This document shows positions 30,607-39,682 of a DNA stretch of 60,779 bases, in pieces. A program made the translations under genes and the position numbers. Where the stretch lies: positions 1 to 60,779 of the IMG/VR virus record IMGVR_UViG_3300042982_000029. The stretch is one strand, 5' to 3'. This DNA comes from a virus (lineage: Duplodnaviria > Caudoviricetes). The number at the start of each line of letters is the position of its first letter. Within the stretch, counting starts at the first letter, position 1. The notes beneath the pieces are model-generated. The model ran no database searches. It was given only the letters and a program-made list of their open reading frames with translations, and was not told the origin of the DNA.

Positions 30607-31506
30607 TCAGACAGGGGCGGCAAGGCGCTCGTTCTGGCCGGCAATCTGGTCCTGCCTCTCGCGGGCCAGCCGTAGCCTGATCTCCCAGACCTTCGGGTCG
30701 AGCCGATCGGGCACCGCGTGGAAGATGTCGAACGGCCCGTCGTGGTCCTTCGGGAACCGCCAAAAGTCGCCGTCCGAGTAGTGCCCGGTCCGCGACCGCC
30801 GAGCTCGAGCCTCGATGGCATCCTCGGCCTGCTGGCGGAGCAGGGCCGGAAGGCCGCTCTGCTGGCCGCTATCGACGTTGATGCGCGACCGGCCGGCCAT
30901 TACGCCGCCCGTCGCCGACACGTCCTCCAGCGGCAGCTCGCGGCCCTCGCGCACGCGCCTGGCCGGTGGGTCCTCCAGGTAGCTCACGATCCGCTTGGCC
31001 ATGTCGAGCGAGGTGATGTTCCCCAGGACGTCGTGGTTGCAGGACCGGGTGCCGGTGCACAGCAGGCCGCGCACCTCGTTGGTCTCGTGGTTGTGGTCGA
31101 CGGCCAGGCGCTTCGTGCGGGGCTTCTTCCGGCAGATGTAGCACGCCCCACCCTGCGCCTGGTAGATCGCCAGGTAGGTGTCGTACGAGATCCCGTACGT
31201 CTTCAGGATGTGAGCTGAATACGCCGCCTCGGAGGTACAGGCCTTGCAGCGGCTTCCCTGGACGTACCAGAGCGGCACGTAGAAGTTGCAGCCGGAGCAC
31301 CAGCGTCGGCCGGCCGGCCAAGCGCTCGACGGCCGGGTGGCCGCCTCGCCCCACTTCACGATGCCCTTTGGTCGGCGCTGTTTCGCCTCGGCGATCTGGT
31401 CGTCGATGAGCAGGCGGTCGACCCGGTGCCAGTAGCAGAAGTGCGACGGGGCATCCTTGCGTAACTCACAGCCGGGCTGTTTACACGGCTTCGGGGCAGC
31501 AGGCAT
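30607..31506 (-). CDS. Endonuclease VII-like protein (Holliday junction resolvase family)
   Basis: YGIS...QGGACYIC...LAVDHNHETNEVRGLLC..CN. Confidence 0.87.
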   Translation of the reverse strand: MPAAPKPCKQPGCELRKDAPSHFCYWHRVDRLLIDDQIAEAKQRRPKGIVKWGEAATRPSSAWPAGRRWCSGCNFYVPLWYVQGSRCKACTSEAAYSAHILKTYGISYDTYLAIYQAQGGACYICRKKPRTKRLAVDHNHETNEVRGLLCTGTRSCNHDVLGNITSLDMAKRIVSYLEDPPARRVREGRELPLEDVSATGGVMAGRSRINVDSGQQSGLPALLRQQAEDAIEARARRSRTGHYSDGDFWRFPKDHDGPFDIFHAVPDRLDPKVWEIRLRLARERQDQIAGQNERLAAPV

Positions 31507-31524
31507 GGATCCAGGGTACGACAA

Positions 31525-31558
31525 AGGACCCCCCAGCCTTGCGAGGCTGGGGGGTCCT
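31525..31558 (-). terminator. Terminator hairpin downstream of the ssb-like gene
   Basis: AGGACCCCCCAGCCT/AGGCTGGGGGGTCCT perfect stem followed by TTGT on the minus strand. Confidence 0.75.
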
Positions 31559-31581
31559 GGGCGATCCCCCTGATCAGGCGA

Positions 31582-32184
31582 TCAGAATGGGGGCTCCCCG
31601 TCGGACGGGCCGTCGGCCGGAGCCGAGTCGCCGCCACCGAACGGGTCGTCCTGCGGCGCCTCGGCCTTCGCGCGCTTCGGGTAGTGCCCGAGAGCGATCT
31701 TGGCCTCGAAGCCGTTCTGGGCCCGCTTCTCCGGCTGCGACGGGTCCTTCTTCTTCTCGACGAGCTCGACCTGGATCAGGGTTCCCTCGTCGATCCGGCC
31801 GCCTGCCGCCTGCTGCGCGTAGGCCATCTGGTTGAACAGGGCCTTGGTGGCGCCCTTGGCAGCCTTGCCGGCCCAGAGCGACTGCTCCTCGGAGCCCTTG
31901 TGCTGGTGGACCTTCACGGGCGAGTCCTTGCCAGGACCCTCGTGCTCGATGACGCGGATGACGGCCGCCATCTTCGGCTGCGGCTCCTCGCCGTCCCGAG
32001 CGGGCCAGAACGCCGGCTTGCCGGTGTTGAAGTCCCGCTGCTGGACCCAGTCAGCCTTGCCGAGCGCCTCGAAGTAGCGCTTGGTGCCCACGGGGTAGAT
32101 GACGTCCGGGTCCTCCGGGGTCGTCCACGACACGGTCGGCGTGCTGGAGATGTCGAACGGGTCGAAGTCGTCGGTGTTTGCCAT
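31582..32184 (-). CDS. Putative single-stranded DNA-binding protein
   Basis: QQRDFNTGKPAFW motif; acidic tail ending DGEPPF; GAGGA RBS. Confidence 0.6.
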   Translation of the reverse strand: MANTDDFDPFDISSTPTVSWTTPEDPDVIYPVGTKRYFEALGKADWVQQRDFNTGKPAFWPARDGEEPQPKMAAVIRVIEHEGPGKDSPVKVHQHKGSEEQSLWAGKAAKGATKALFNQMAYAQQAAGGRIDEGTLIQVELVEKKKDPSQPEKRAQNGFEAKIALGHYPKRAKAEAPQDDPFGGGDSAPADGPSDGEPPF

Positions 32185-32281
32185 GGTGGCTGGTTCCTCC
32201 TGTGGTTGATGTACCAGTTGATCAGTTGATCTGAGAAGTACTATACAGGGCGCCGCCGACAAAATCAACGGCGCCCCGCTT

Positions 32282-33187
32282 TCAGAGTTTGGTGATGTAC
32301 TTCGGGTTCACGAACGTGGCTCGGTTGACCTGGCCACACAGGCCGTAGTACGCCGTGTCGTAGTTGACGTCGTACCGGATCTGGCCGTCGACCTTGCGGA
32401 TGCCGGAGATCGCGCCGGTCCGCACGGGGGCGTCCGGAAGGCGGAGCTCGACCTGGTCGTCCAGCTCGAGGGTCGGTTCCTTCTGGACGAGCCGGGCGGC
32501 GATGGAGTACGAGCCGTTGCCGTTGTCGGTGATCTTCGGGTTCGGGATGTAGGTCCGGATGAACGACCCGTCGTCGCCGGTGTGCTCGATGAGCAGTGGC
32601 CAGCCGTCCAGCAGGGGGGCGGGCTCGATCTCCTCGGTCGGCGCCACTCCGGCCTCGTTGCTTTCTGGGTCCGGATCCGACCAGCCGACGTGGCGCATGG
32701 CCGCTTGCCAGCCGTTGTAGAATTCCTCCGACTTCTCGTCGTCGGTCAGGCGTTCCTCGGTCGGCGCCACGCCGGCCTCGTTGCGCCGGACCACCGTGGA
32801 CGGCCGGTCGTCGAGCTCCGGGTGCGTCTCCAGCCACTCGAGCAGCGCGAAGGCGTGCCAGGCGACCGCCGCCAGGTGCGACGTACCGGGTCGCGGGACG
32901 CCGTCGATGATCGCGCGCGGGTCGTCGGTCCCGGCGTACGCGGCCGGGTCGACGTCCTCTCCGGCCCAGAAGGCGTTGGCGTGCCCGAGCAGTGCCCGGT
33001 ACGACCACGACCACTGGTAGCCGTTCCGCCAGTTGTCCAGGCCGTTGACCTGGTCGTACTTCAGCGAGCCGACGCCGTACCGGGCGGCCAGCTCAGCGAG
33101 CGGGCCGGCGGGAATCTGGTCATACCGCTCGATCTTGAGGTCCTTGGCACCGCCGGTCTTGCTGACGTGCCGGGTGGGTTCACTCAT
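32282..33187 (-). CDS. dATP/dGTP diphosphohydrolase domain (DUF5664-like) protein with C-terminal extension
   Basis: TGGAKD..RYDQIP..YGVGSLKY..NWRNG..H..AFWAGEDVD..SHLAAVAWHA. Confidence 0.8.
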   Translation of the reverse strand: MSEPTRHVSKTGGAKDLKIERYDQIPAGPLAELAARYGVGSLKYDQVNGLDNWRNGYQWSWSYRALLGHANAFWAGEDVDPAAYAGTDDPRAIIDGVPRPGTSHLAAVAWHAFALLEWLETHPELDDRPSTVVRRNEAGVAPTEERLTDDEKSEEFYNGWQAAMRHVGWSDPDPESNEAGVAPTEEIEPAPLLDGWPLLIEHTGDDGSFIRTYIPNPKITDNGNGSYSIAARLVQKEPTLELDDQVELRLPDAPVRTGAISGIRKVDGQIRYDVNYDTAYYGLCGQVNRATFVNPKYITKL

Positions 33188-33404
33188 GCTTGTCGTGCTC
33201 CTTCCTGTAGGTCTTGCGCGTGTAAACGGTGGAGAGCTCGAGGCCGACCTCCAGGGCGTCCGCGTGCATCTCGGCGATCGTCCCCATGGCCTCCTGGAGC
33301 GACTCGCAGTCGACGGTACCGCTAGATCCGTCGGCCCACCAGAGCCATTCCACCCTGTGAGACACGCCAAGGTCGTGGTTGGAGAGGTCCGGGAGCGCGC
33401 TCAT
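33180..33404 (-). CDS. Hypothetical protein
   Basis: Overlapping operon packing. Confidence 0.55.
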   Translation of the reverse strand: MSALPDLSNHDLGVSHRVEWLWWADGSSGTVDCESLQEAMGTIAEMHADALEVGLELSTVYTRKTYRKEHDKHE

Positions 33405-33571
33405 CCGCCGAACCTTTTCAGCAGCGCGTCGAGCAGCGCGTTCGTGGTGAGCTGGGCTGCGAGCTGTTCCTTGGACACCTGGAGTTGCTCGGCCGCGATC
33501 TCGCGGATCTTCTTCGTCTCCCGGGCCTGCTCGAGCTGAGCAGACTTCACCAGGTTGTCGATGGCGCCCAT
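33401..33571 (-). CDS. Small coiled-coil hypothetical protein
   Basis: TGATG coupling; MGAIDNLVKSAQLEQ... Confidence 0.55.
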   Translation of the reverse strand: MGAIDNLVKSAQLEQARETKKIREIAAEQLQVSKEQLAAQLTTNALLDALLKRFGG

Positions 33572-34638
33572 CAGATCCCCTGCTCGGCTTCCTGGAGTTC
33601 GTCGCGACGCTTGCGGGACGCCTCGGTCATCTCGTCGGTCCAGATCGGCTGGTACTGCGACCAGATCGCCTTCAGCTCCTCGTACGTGATCGCCGCAGCG
33701 AGCCGGTCGAGGATGGCCTGGGTGGCGAGCTGGCGGGCCCGCTTGCCCTTCACGTGCTTCAGCCGCTTGGACTGCAACACCTTGCCGGCCGTCTCGTACC
33801 GGGCGTCGCGGACCTGTGCGGCCAGCTCGCAGTTCTTGTAGCCCCACTCGATGTCGACCTCGGACACCTTGACCTCGCCGACGCCGCCGTTCTGGTCGGC
33901 CTTGACCGACAGGAGCAGCGCGAACTCCTGGTTCACCGGGCCCGGGTCGAACCCGTAGTTCCGGATGACGTACTCCTGGAGCGTGATGCGCTCGCCGGTC
34001 TCCGGGTCGTACACGAGGCTGTGGGCGTAGTTGGCGAACTGACAACCGAAGCCCAGGTTGTTCTGGTTGCGCCCGTTCTTCGTGTCGCCGATGATCAGCC
34101 CGAACCCGTTGATGTAGAACAGGTGGTCGAACGTGCCGGCGACCCGGAGCGCGTCGTTGACGACGAAGACCTCGGAGCCGCAGCGGCGTACGTCGTTGAT
34201 CGCGAGCCACTCGTTGAACGAGGCGAGCTCGGTGATCACGGAGATCGGCACGAAGCCGGCGTAGTCCTCCTCGGTGACCGCGTGGACCACGGTGCCCCGG
34301 TCGGCACGCTCGGTGATCCGGACGGAGTCGAGAGCCCGCTCGATGAAGCCGTCCAGGCGCTTGCCGGACGCGGTCTTGATCGGCTTGTCGGGCTCGTCGA
34401 AGCCGGTGGTGTACGGCTCGAGGGCGCACATGTCGGCCAGGTCGCGGCGCCGGCCCAGCGCGACGGCGAGGTTGCGCATGTGCCACGTCTCGAGGAAGCG
34501 GTCGTCGGTCAGGTAGCCGCCCAGGGAGCTGGACCGCGTGTAGACCTGCGTGGAGCCGTCTTCCTGGAGGATCAGCGGGCCGCCGCTGGACGGGTCGCGC
34601 TCGATCGGGTCGAGGGCGAACGGATCAGTCTCAGACAT
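33571..34638 (-). CDS. PD-(D/E)XK RecB/Cas4-like exonuclease
   Basis: RGTVVHAVTE, EVFVV..VAGTFD..IIGDTKNG..QFANYA. Confidence 0.82.
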   Translation of the reverse strand: MSETDPFALDPIERDPSSGGPLILQEDGSTQVYTRSSSLGGYLTDDRFLETWHMRNLAVALGRRRDLADMCALEPYTTGFDEPDKPIKTASGKRLDGFIERALDSVRITERADRGTVVHAVTEEDYAGFVPISVITELASFNEWLAINDVRRCGSEVFVVNDALRVAGTFDHLFYINGFGLIIGDTKNGRNQNNLGFGCQFANYAHSLVYDPETGERITLQEYVIRNYGFDPGPVNQEFALLLSVKADQNGGVGEVKVSEVDIEWGYKNCELAAQVRDARYETAGKVLQSKRLKHVKGKRARQLATQAILDRLAAAITYEELKAIWSQYQPIWTDEMTEASRKRRDELQEAEQGI

Positions 34639-34972
34639 CAGTCTCCCTTGCAATGTGACGCCGGAGCGTCGTGATGTGAATGCCCAGCCTACTCGCGATC
34701 TGGGCGTCTGTAAAGCCCTCGCCGCGCCGGCCGAGGATCTCGTACTCGTCCATGATGTCCTCGTGTGTCAGGCGCTGGCGCTCGTGGTCGATCAGGCCAT
34801 CCGGATCACCGCCGCGCCGGGCTGCGTCGATGGGCTTCTGGTAGCACCGGCTGCAGAGCCCCCTGGCGTGCGCGCGGGCGTGGGTCATCTTGAAGAGCCG
34901 GGGGTTCGTGGTCTCGACAGATTTCCAGGCGCGCACGGGGACCAGGCGGCGCTGGCAGTCGGTGCAGTTCAC
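34631..34972 (-). CDS. Zn-binding HTH DNA-binding protein
   Basis: CxxC, HARGLCSRCY, and C-terminal TDAQIASRLGIHITTLRRHI helix-turn-helix. Confidence 0.7.
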   Translation of the reverse strand: MNCTDCQRRLVPVRAWKSVETTNPRLFKMTHARAHARGLCSRCYQKPIDAARRGGDPDGLIDHERQRLTHEDIMDEYEILGRRGEGFTDAQIASRLGIHITTLRRHIARETDV

Positions 34973-35589
34973 GCTGCAGTGTACCCGTTCCGGTAGACCA
35001 TGATGTCGTGGGTGTCGAGCCAGGTGAGGTCGTAGTCGACGTACCCCTCGGTCTTCCAGTGCCGCAGGTTGCGGGACAGCTCCTCCTCGGTTATGCCGAG
35101 CTTGTCGGAGATCTCGCGGATCCCTCGGCCCATCGAATGGAAGAACTGGACCTCTTCGATGATGGCCTGGCGCCGGAAGACGCGCTCGTCGCGGCGCTCG
35201 TAGGCCTGGCCGGCGCGGCGCAGGAACCGCTGGATCGAGCCGATGTCCATCTGCAGCATGAAGGCGATCTCGCCGATCGGGTCGCGGAAGCCCTCGCGGA
35301 CCAGGCCCCGGTACATGCCGGCGACCTTCTGGGCGCGCTTCTCAGCCTCGGCCTTGCGTGCGGCGTTGTGCTCCTCGGGCGACCGGCGCTCCATGTGGAG
35401 GCGGCACTGCCCGGCGGACTCGTTGCGGTAGTAGCCGGCGTTCTGCCAGAGCCGACGCTGCGCCTTGCCCGCCTTGTCCCAGATGCCGCCGGTGACGAGT
35501 TTGCGGTCGCAGTCGTCGTCCGTGCAGGTCCCGACAGTCTCAGGGTAACTGTCGTCCAGGTCGGCGAGGTCATATTCGGTGATCGTCAT
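34969..35589 (-). CDS. Double-HTH DNA-binding protein
   Basis: IGEIAFMLQMDIGSIQRFL and IREISDKLGITEEELSRNL; GGAGGAG RBS. Confidence 0.7.
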   Translation of the reverse strand: MTITEYDLADLDDSYPETVGTCTDDDCDRKLVTGGIWDKAGKAQRRLWQNAGYYRNESAGQCRLHMERRSPEEHNAARKAEAEKRAQKVAGMYRGLVREGFRDPIGEIAFMLQMDIGSIQRFLRRAGQAYERRDERVFRRQAIIEEVQFFHSMGRGIREISDKLGITEEELSRNLRHWKTEGYVDYDLTWLDTHDIMVYRNGYTAA

Positions 35590-35632
35590 GGGTCTCCTCC
35601 CGTTCGGGGTTCGGTGCTGGTCGGACACCGAA

Positions 35633-35663
35633 CATGATGGACCGCCCGCCTGGCAGTTGTCAA
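35633..35663 (-). promoter_or_regulatory. SigA-like leftward promoter; -35 lies in a hairpin loop
   Basis: TTGACA-N18-CATCAT; ACCGCCCGC/GCGGGCGGT inverted repeat flanks the -35. Confidence 0.5.
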
Positions 35664-35684
35664 GCGGGCGGTCGCGGGGTGTAG

Positions 35685-35978
35685 CTATTCGGGTGCTGCT
35701 GTGAGCTCGGCCGCCGGGGCGTGCCGGCCGAACCGGAACACGAACTCGACGGTCTCGCACGGCCATGCCGAGGCGCAGGCGGTGCAGTACAGCGAGGGCT
35801 CGCCGACGTCCTGAGTCATCTGGGCGTGCGGCTGGTGGAGGGCGAGGATGCCGCCTCGGATGTCGTCGGCGCGCTTGGCCCGCTCGAGGGCGTCGCGCTT
35901 CTCGCATTCGAGGCGATGATTGTGCTCGATGGCTTCGGCCACCTTGGTCTCCAGGTGCCTGCGGCTTCGGAATGACAT
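35685..35978 (-). CDS. Hypothetical protein (CxxC..WPC motif)
   Basis: GGGGGAG RBS; LHQP...CTACASAWPCET. Confidence 0.6.
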   Translation of the reverse strand: MSFRSRRHLETKVAEAIEHNHRLECEKRDALERAKRADDIRGGILALHQPHAQMTQDVGEPSLYCTACASAWPCETVEFVFRFGRHAPAAELTAAPE

Positions 35979-35998
35979 GGCTCCCCCGAGCGCTTCCG

Positions 35999-36418
35999 TT
36001 AGCCGTCCAGGCCGAGGCCCGTGCGCAGGGCGGCGACAACCTCGTCGACGTCCTGGCCGAGGATCGCGGCCTGCTGCGTGAACTGGGCGACAACGCGGTC
36101 GCGCTGGCGCTCGGTGCCGATCTCGCCGCAGAAGATCCGGACCTGCTGGCGCAGTGTGCTCGCGGCCATCTGGTTGGCGCGGTGCTGCCGGAAGCGCTGG
36201 CGGTTCAGGACCTTCAGGGCCTTCTTCTGGCCGCGCTCACGGGTGCGGCGGACGCGCCGACGGTGGGTGCCACCAACGGGTCCGACGAACGCATCCTTCC
36301 AGGAACGCTGGAAGTTGACGACGGGCGCGGTCGGGAAGTCTTCGACGAGATCGCCAGTGTTCTGGTCGTCGAGCTCGCCGCGAAGCTCGGCGGCCTCGGT
36401 TGCAGTCAGTTCACGCAT
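35999..36418 (-). CDS. Hypothetical protein
   Basis: AAGGAG RBS; operon packing. Confidence 0.55.
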   Translation of the reverse strand: MRELTATEAAELRGELDDQNTGDLVEDFPTAPVVNFQRSWKDAFVGPVGGTHRRRVRRTRERGQKKALKVLNRQRFRQHRANQMAASTLRQQVRIFCGEIGTERQRDRVVAQFTQQAAILGQDVDEVVAALRTGLGLDG

Positions 36419-36662
36419 GTGTGGGGATCTCCTTGATGATCGTTGCTCCCAGAGTACTCTTCAGTAGCTCGGCAGCGGTGTGGATTGGCGGGATGTAGCG
36501 GATCTCGACCGGCCGGTCTCCAGCCGGCCGGTCGATCACCTTTTGCTCGCCGGCGGCGTCGATCAGGAAGACTTTCGTCTTGCCCGAGTGCGTCACGCGC
36601 CAGGTCTTGCCGGTGAGGTCGTCGATGTAGAAGTCCTTCGCGACCTCCGCCCAAGTGCTCAT
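36411..36662 (-). CDS. Hypothetical protein
   Basis: Operon packing. Confidence 0.55.
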   Translation of the reverse strand: MSTWAEVAKDFYIDDLTGKTWRVTHSGKTKVFLIDAAGEQKVIDRPAGDRPVEIRYIPPIHTAAELLKSTLGATIIKEIPTHA

Positions 36663-36671
36663 GGTGTGAGC

Positions 36672-36866
36672 CTAGACGATGGTGTTGCCGTTGTCAACGC
36701 GGAACCCGAGGTGGTCCGCGATCCGCTGGACGAGCTCGAGCTGCCGCGTCATGCCGGCCCAGCCGTCGTCGTCGTGGTTCGGCTCGGCGATGATGATGCC
36801 GTCGAGCTTGATCTGCAGGGCTTCGTCGTTGATCTCGACGATCTGGAAGCGGGCCGGCGTGCTCAT
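36672..36866 (-). CDS. Hypothetical protein
   Basis: ATGA overlap with the ligase stop. Confidence 0.5.
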   Translation of the reverse strand: MSTPARFQIVEINDEALQIKLDGIIIAEPNHDDDGWAGMTRQLELVQRIADHLGFRVDNGNTIV

Positions 36867-37624
36867 CCGAGCCACACCCCGTTCGACTTCGTCAGCGGCT
36901 CCGGCGGGGTGAACGGCGTGCCCTTCGGGGCCGGATCGAACGGCCACTTGAAGAGCTGCTGGGCGGCCTCGTGGAAGATGACGACGCCCTCAGCCGGCTT
37001 GAAGCCCGGGGCTGCGTGGGAGCCGTGCTCGTCGAGGGCCTGCATGCAGTCCTCGATCTCCTTCTCGTCGAACGGGCCCTCGTACAGGACGGGGACAACG
37101 TCGAGCTCGGGGAGCAGCTCTTCGCCGGTGGCCGGGTCGATCTCGTCCTCGCGGGCGTGGTCGGGATCCCACAGGTGCGGGTACCGGGTCCGGTTGAACA
37201 GGCTGAACCGCCTCTCGCCCTTCGGCAGGCCGTAGCCGCGCTGGATGCCGGAGCCCCACCATTCGCCGTAGTGCCGGCCGACCCCGAGGGTCACCAGGAG
37301 CTGCTCGGCGTTCTCGAAGACCCAGGCGGCGAACCCGAAGTTGTCCTTCTCGGGCGTGATGAGCTGCTTGCGAGACTGGGCGCCGACCAGGAACAGCTTG
37401 GCGTTGGCTCCCTCGCCGCGCCGGAACGATCGGGCCTCGTACCGCCCCTCGCCGGGTCCGCCGAGCCAGGTGGTCAGCGTCGACCGGTCGGAGACCTCGA
37501 GGTCCGGGCGCGGGTCGGGGATCGCCTCGATGATCACGGCCGCGTTGGTGCCGTCGATCTTCTCGGTGACGACGATGTCCTTGTGGAGTCGGGGCAGCTT
37601 GGGCCAGGCGACGAAGTCCATCAT
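36863..37624 (-). CDS. RNA ligase, Rnl2-like family
   Basis: Motif I TEKIDGTNA, AQSRKQ, YGEWWGSGIQ, VPVLYEG, AEGVV. Confidence 0.8.
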   Translation of the reverse strand: MMDFVAWPKLPRLHKDIVVTEKIDGTNAAVIIEAIPDPRPDLEVSDRSTLTTWLGGPGEGRYEARSFRRGEGANAKLFLVGAQSRKQLITPEKDNFGFAAWVFENAEQLLVTLGVGRHYGEWWGSGIQRGYGLPKGERRFSLFNRTRYPHLWDPDHAREDEIDPATGEELLPELDVVPVLYEGPFDEKEIEDCMQALDEHGSHAAPGFKPAEGVVIFHEAAQQLFKWPFDPAPKGTPFTPPEPLTKSNGVWLG

Positions 37625-37830
37625 CCGAGTCCCTCCGTCTCCCAGGCAGCGTACTGCTTGTCGTCGTCGTACTCGTGGTCGCCGAACTCGATCTCCGACG
37701 CGGCCACGCCGGTCCGGTCGGCCAGGTAGTCGAACGCCTTGGCCAGGGCGTTCAGCTCCTGGCCGTTGGTCGGCCGGTTGAACGTGACCCGAATGTCGAG
37801 CTTGTCCGGCTTGTTGTCCGGGATGCCCAT
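37621..37830 (-). CDS. Hypothetical protein
   Basis: GAGGAG RBS; first gene after the promoter. Confidence 0.6.
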   Translation of the reverse strand: MGIPDNKPDKLDIRVTFNRPTNGQELNALAKAFDYLADRTGVAASEIEFGDHEYDDDKQYAAWETEGLG

Positions 37831-37868
37831 GGGTGCTCCTCTCGCTGGGAAAGTATCTGCTGAGTGGT

Positions 37869-37897
37869 ACTTTGCCAGCTTTCCCCGGGCATGTCAA
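37869..37897 (-). promoter_or_regulatory. SigA-like leftward promoter
   Basis: TTGACA-N17-CAAAGT with a TGn extension. Confidence 0.6.
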
Positions 37898-37929
37898 GAG
37901 GCCCTGTCCAGATCATGGACAGGGCCTCT
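37897..37929 (-). terminator. Terminator hairpin
   Basis: 14-bp perfect stem AGAGGCCCTGTCCA/TGGACAGGGCCTCT. Confidence 0.75.
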
Positions 37930-37950
37930 CGGGTAGCGCTCAGGGGACGA

Positions 37951-38187
37951 TCAGGCGCCGGCGACCGGCTGGCCCTTCTCGTCGTAGTTCTCGTTGCCGG
38001 CGAGCGGCTCCGGGTTGTTCGCCGGCGTGGTCGGGTCGAACGGGTTGATGCCCGGGTGCCGGCCGTTGAAGATCACGGAGCTGCGCGGGGCCTTGCCCAG
38101 CGGGACAGCGGTGGACGCGCTGGCCGCAGCGAACTCAGAGTCCGCGATCTCGCCAACGATGCGGCTCGGGCCATCGGGTGCGGCCAT
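37951..38187 (-). CDS. Hypothetical protein
   Basis: GGAGG RBS; followed by a terminator. Confidence 0.6.
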   Translation of the reverse strand: MAAPDGPSRIVGEIADSEFAAASASTAVPLGKAPRSSVIFNGRHPGINPFDPTTPANNPEPLAGNENYDEKGQPVAGA

Positions 38188-38234
38188 GGTTTCCTCCAGT
38201 AGAATCGAGTGGTTCTCAACCCCCAGGGTACCAC

Positions 38235-38534
38235 TCAGTGGTTGGGGTGCTCCTCGCCGGGACGGAACTTCTCGGCCTTGCGAGCGGCTCGAGCCGCCCG
38301 CCCCTGCATGGAAGTGCGCTTATTGTGATGAAACGAGCACAAAAGGCGAAGCTTGTGTAAACGGTGGTCGTCCGGGTCGCCGACGTGGTCGACGTCCGTG
38401 CCCTTCCGGGGGCACCGCTTACCGGACGGAAGGCGCCAACGACACCGACCATTGTCACGTTCCTTGATCGCGGGGACGATCTCCGACTCCCAGTTGGGAG
38501 GGAGATCGCGCCCCTTCTCGTCGCCCCAGGTCAC
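38235..38534 (-). CDS. Small HNH endonuclease (cos-packaging associated type)
   Basis: IKERDNGRC..C...TDVDHV...LRLLCSFHHNKRT...RPGEEHP. Confidence 0.82.
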   Translation of the reverse strand: MTWGDEKGRDLPPNWESEIVPAIKERDNGRCRWRLPSGKRCPRKGTDVDHVGDPDDHRLHKLRLLCSFHHNKRTSMQGRAARAARKAEKFRPGEEHPNH

Positions 38535-39682
38535 GGCCGACCCCGGAACCGCCGGACCGGCCGCTCCTGGCCGAACGCGTAGATCTCGACGTCATCGCTC
38601 GCCCGCAGGTGCTGCCGGGCCCGCGCGGTGTCCACGGCCGTCCAGCCTGGGATCTGCTCCCAGAGCCTCTCGTGCGACAGCCCGGCCTGGGCGGCCCGGA
38701 CCAGCGCGTCCGCCTGGGCGGCCGTGAGCCGTCCGACGACGTCCGGCGGTACCCCGATGAGCTGGGCGATCTTCTCGGTCAGCCTCTTCGCCTCCCCGAC
38801 GAACGTCTCGCCGACACCGTCAGCCGTGAACGACCTGATCCCACCCGGGCCGACCTTCACCTTGCGCCGGCCGGCCTGGAAGTCATCGTACGGGATGCAC
38901 GAGCCCCACCAGCGCCCCGCGTCGGCCTTGGTGTCGAACCGCAGCCGCGACACACGGCCGGGCCAGGCCTTATGGAACAGTTGGAGGACGTACTGCCCGA
39001 TGCTGTGGTCGTAGTTCGAGTCGAGGATCTCCGTGGACCAGCCGCGCCGCCGGTAGTCGTCGGCCGACCAGTTGTCCACGGGCGACTCCAGGTTCGGGCC
39101 GGACGGGATCATCGGTCGGACCTCAACGTAGTGATCGGCCGCATTGAACGCCTTCTCGTGCTCGAGCTCGCCGTCCCACAGGCCACCGAATCCCCGGTAC
39201 CCCATGAAGGCCTCGAGGGCGCGGTTGTCCTCGAAGATCACGCGGATCTTGTGCTTGCCGTTCCGGCTCTTCGTGCAGACGAAGTGCGCGAGCATGTTGT
39301 GGCTGCCGGGGACCTTCGACTTGCCGGACCACCGGAAGCCGAGCTTCTCGACCGCAGCACGGCTGACCTTCCGCCGGGCCGGGTCGACGTGATCGGCCGG
39401 TGCGTCCAGGGCCGCGAGCTCGTCGTCGAGCTTCTTCTGCCAGAGCTCCGGGCCGAGCTGGACGTCGCACGTGATGCACAACGTTGCGACCAGTTCGTTG
39501 GGTTTGAACGCGTTCGACCGGATGTCGACGAGCCCGTGGTCGGCGTGCCGGGAGTCGGACTCCAGCAGCTCGAGCTTCGCCCGCTCGCCGGCGCGGTCAG
39601 CGCGGACCCACTTGATCAGGGCCACCCAGCAGGCGGAGAGCGCCCCGCTGGCCCCGAGGACGGCGAGTGTCTCGACGATCAT
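38531..39682 (-). CDS. Membrane-anchored hypothetical protein with a portal-like C-terminal motif
   Basis: N-terminal TM segment; LWEQIPGWTAVDTARAR resembles the portal C-terminus. Confidence 0.6.
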   Translation of the reverse strand: MIVETLAVLGASGALSACWVALIKWVRADRAGERAKLELLESDSRHADHGLVDIRSNAFKPNELVATLCITCDVQLGPELWQKKLDDELAALDAPADHVDPARRKVSRAAVEKLGFRWSGKSKVPGSHNMLAHFVCTKSRNGKHKIRVIFEDNRALEAFMGYRGFGGLWDGELEHEKAFNAADHYVEVRPMIPSGPNLESPVDNWSADDYRRRGWSTEILDSNYDHSIGQYVLQLFHKAWPGRVSRLRFDTKADAGRWWGSCIPYDDFQAGRRKVKVGPGGIRSFTADGVGETFVGEAKRLTEKIAQLIGVPPDVVGRLTAAQADALVRAAQAGLSHERLWEQIPGWTAVDTARARQHLRASDDVEIYAFGQERPVRRFRGRP

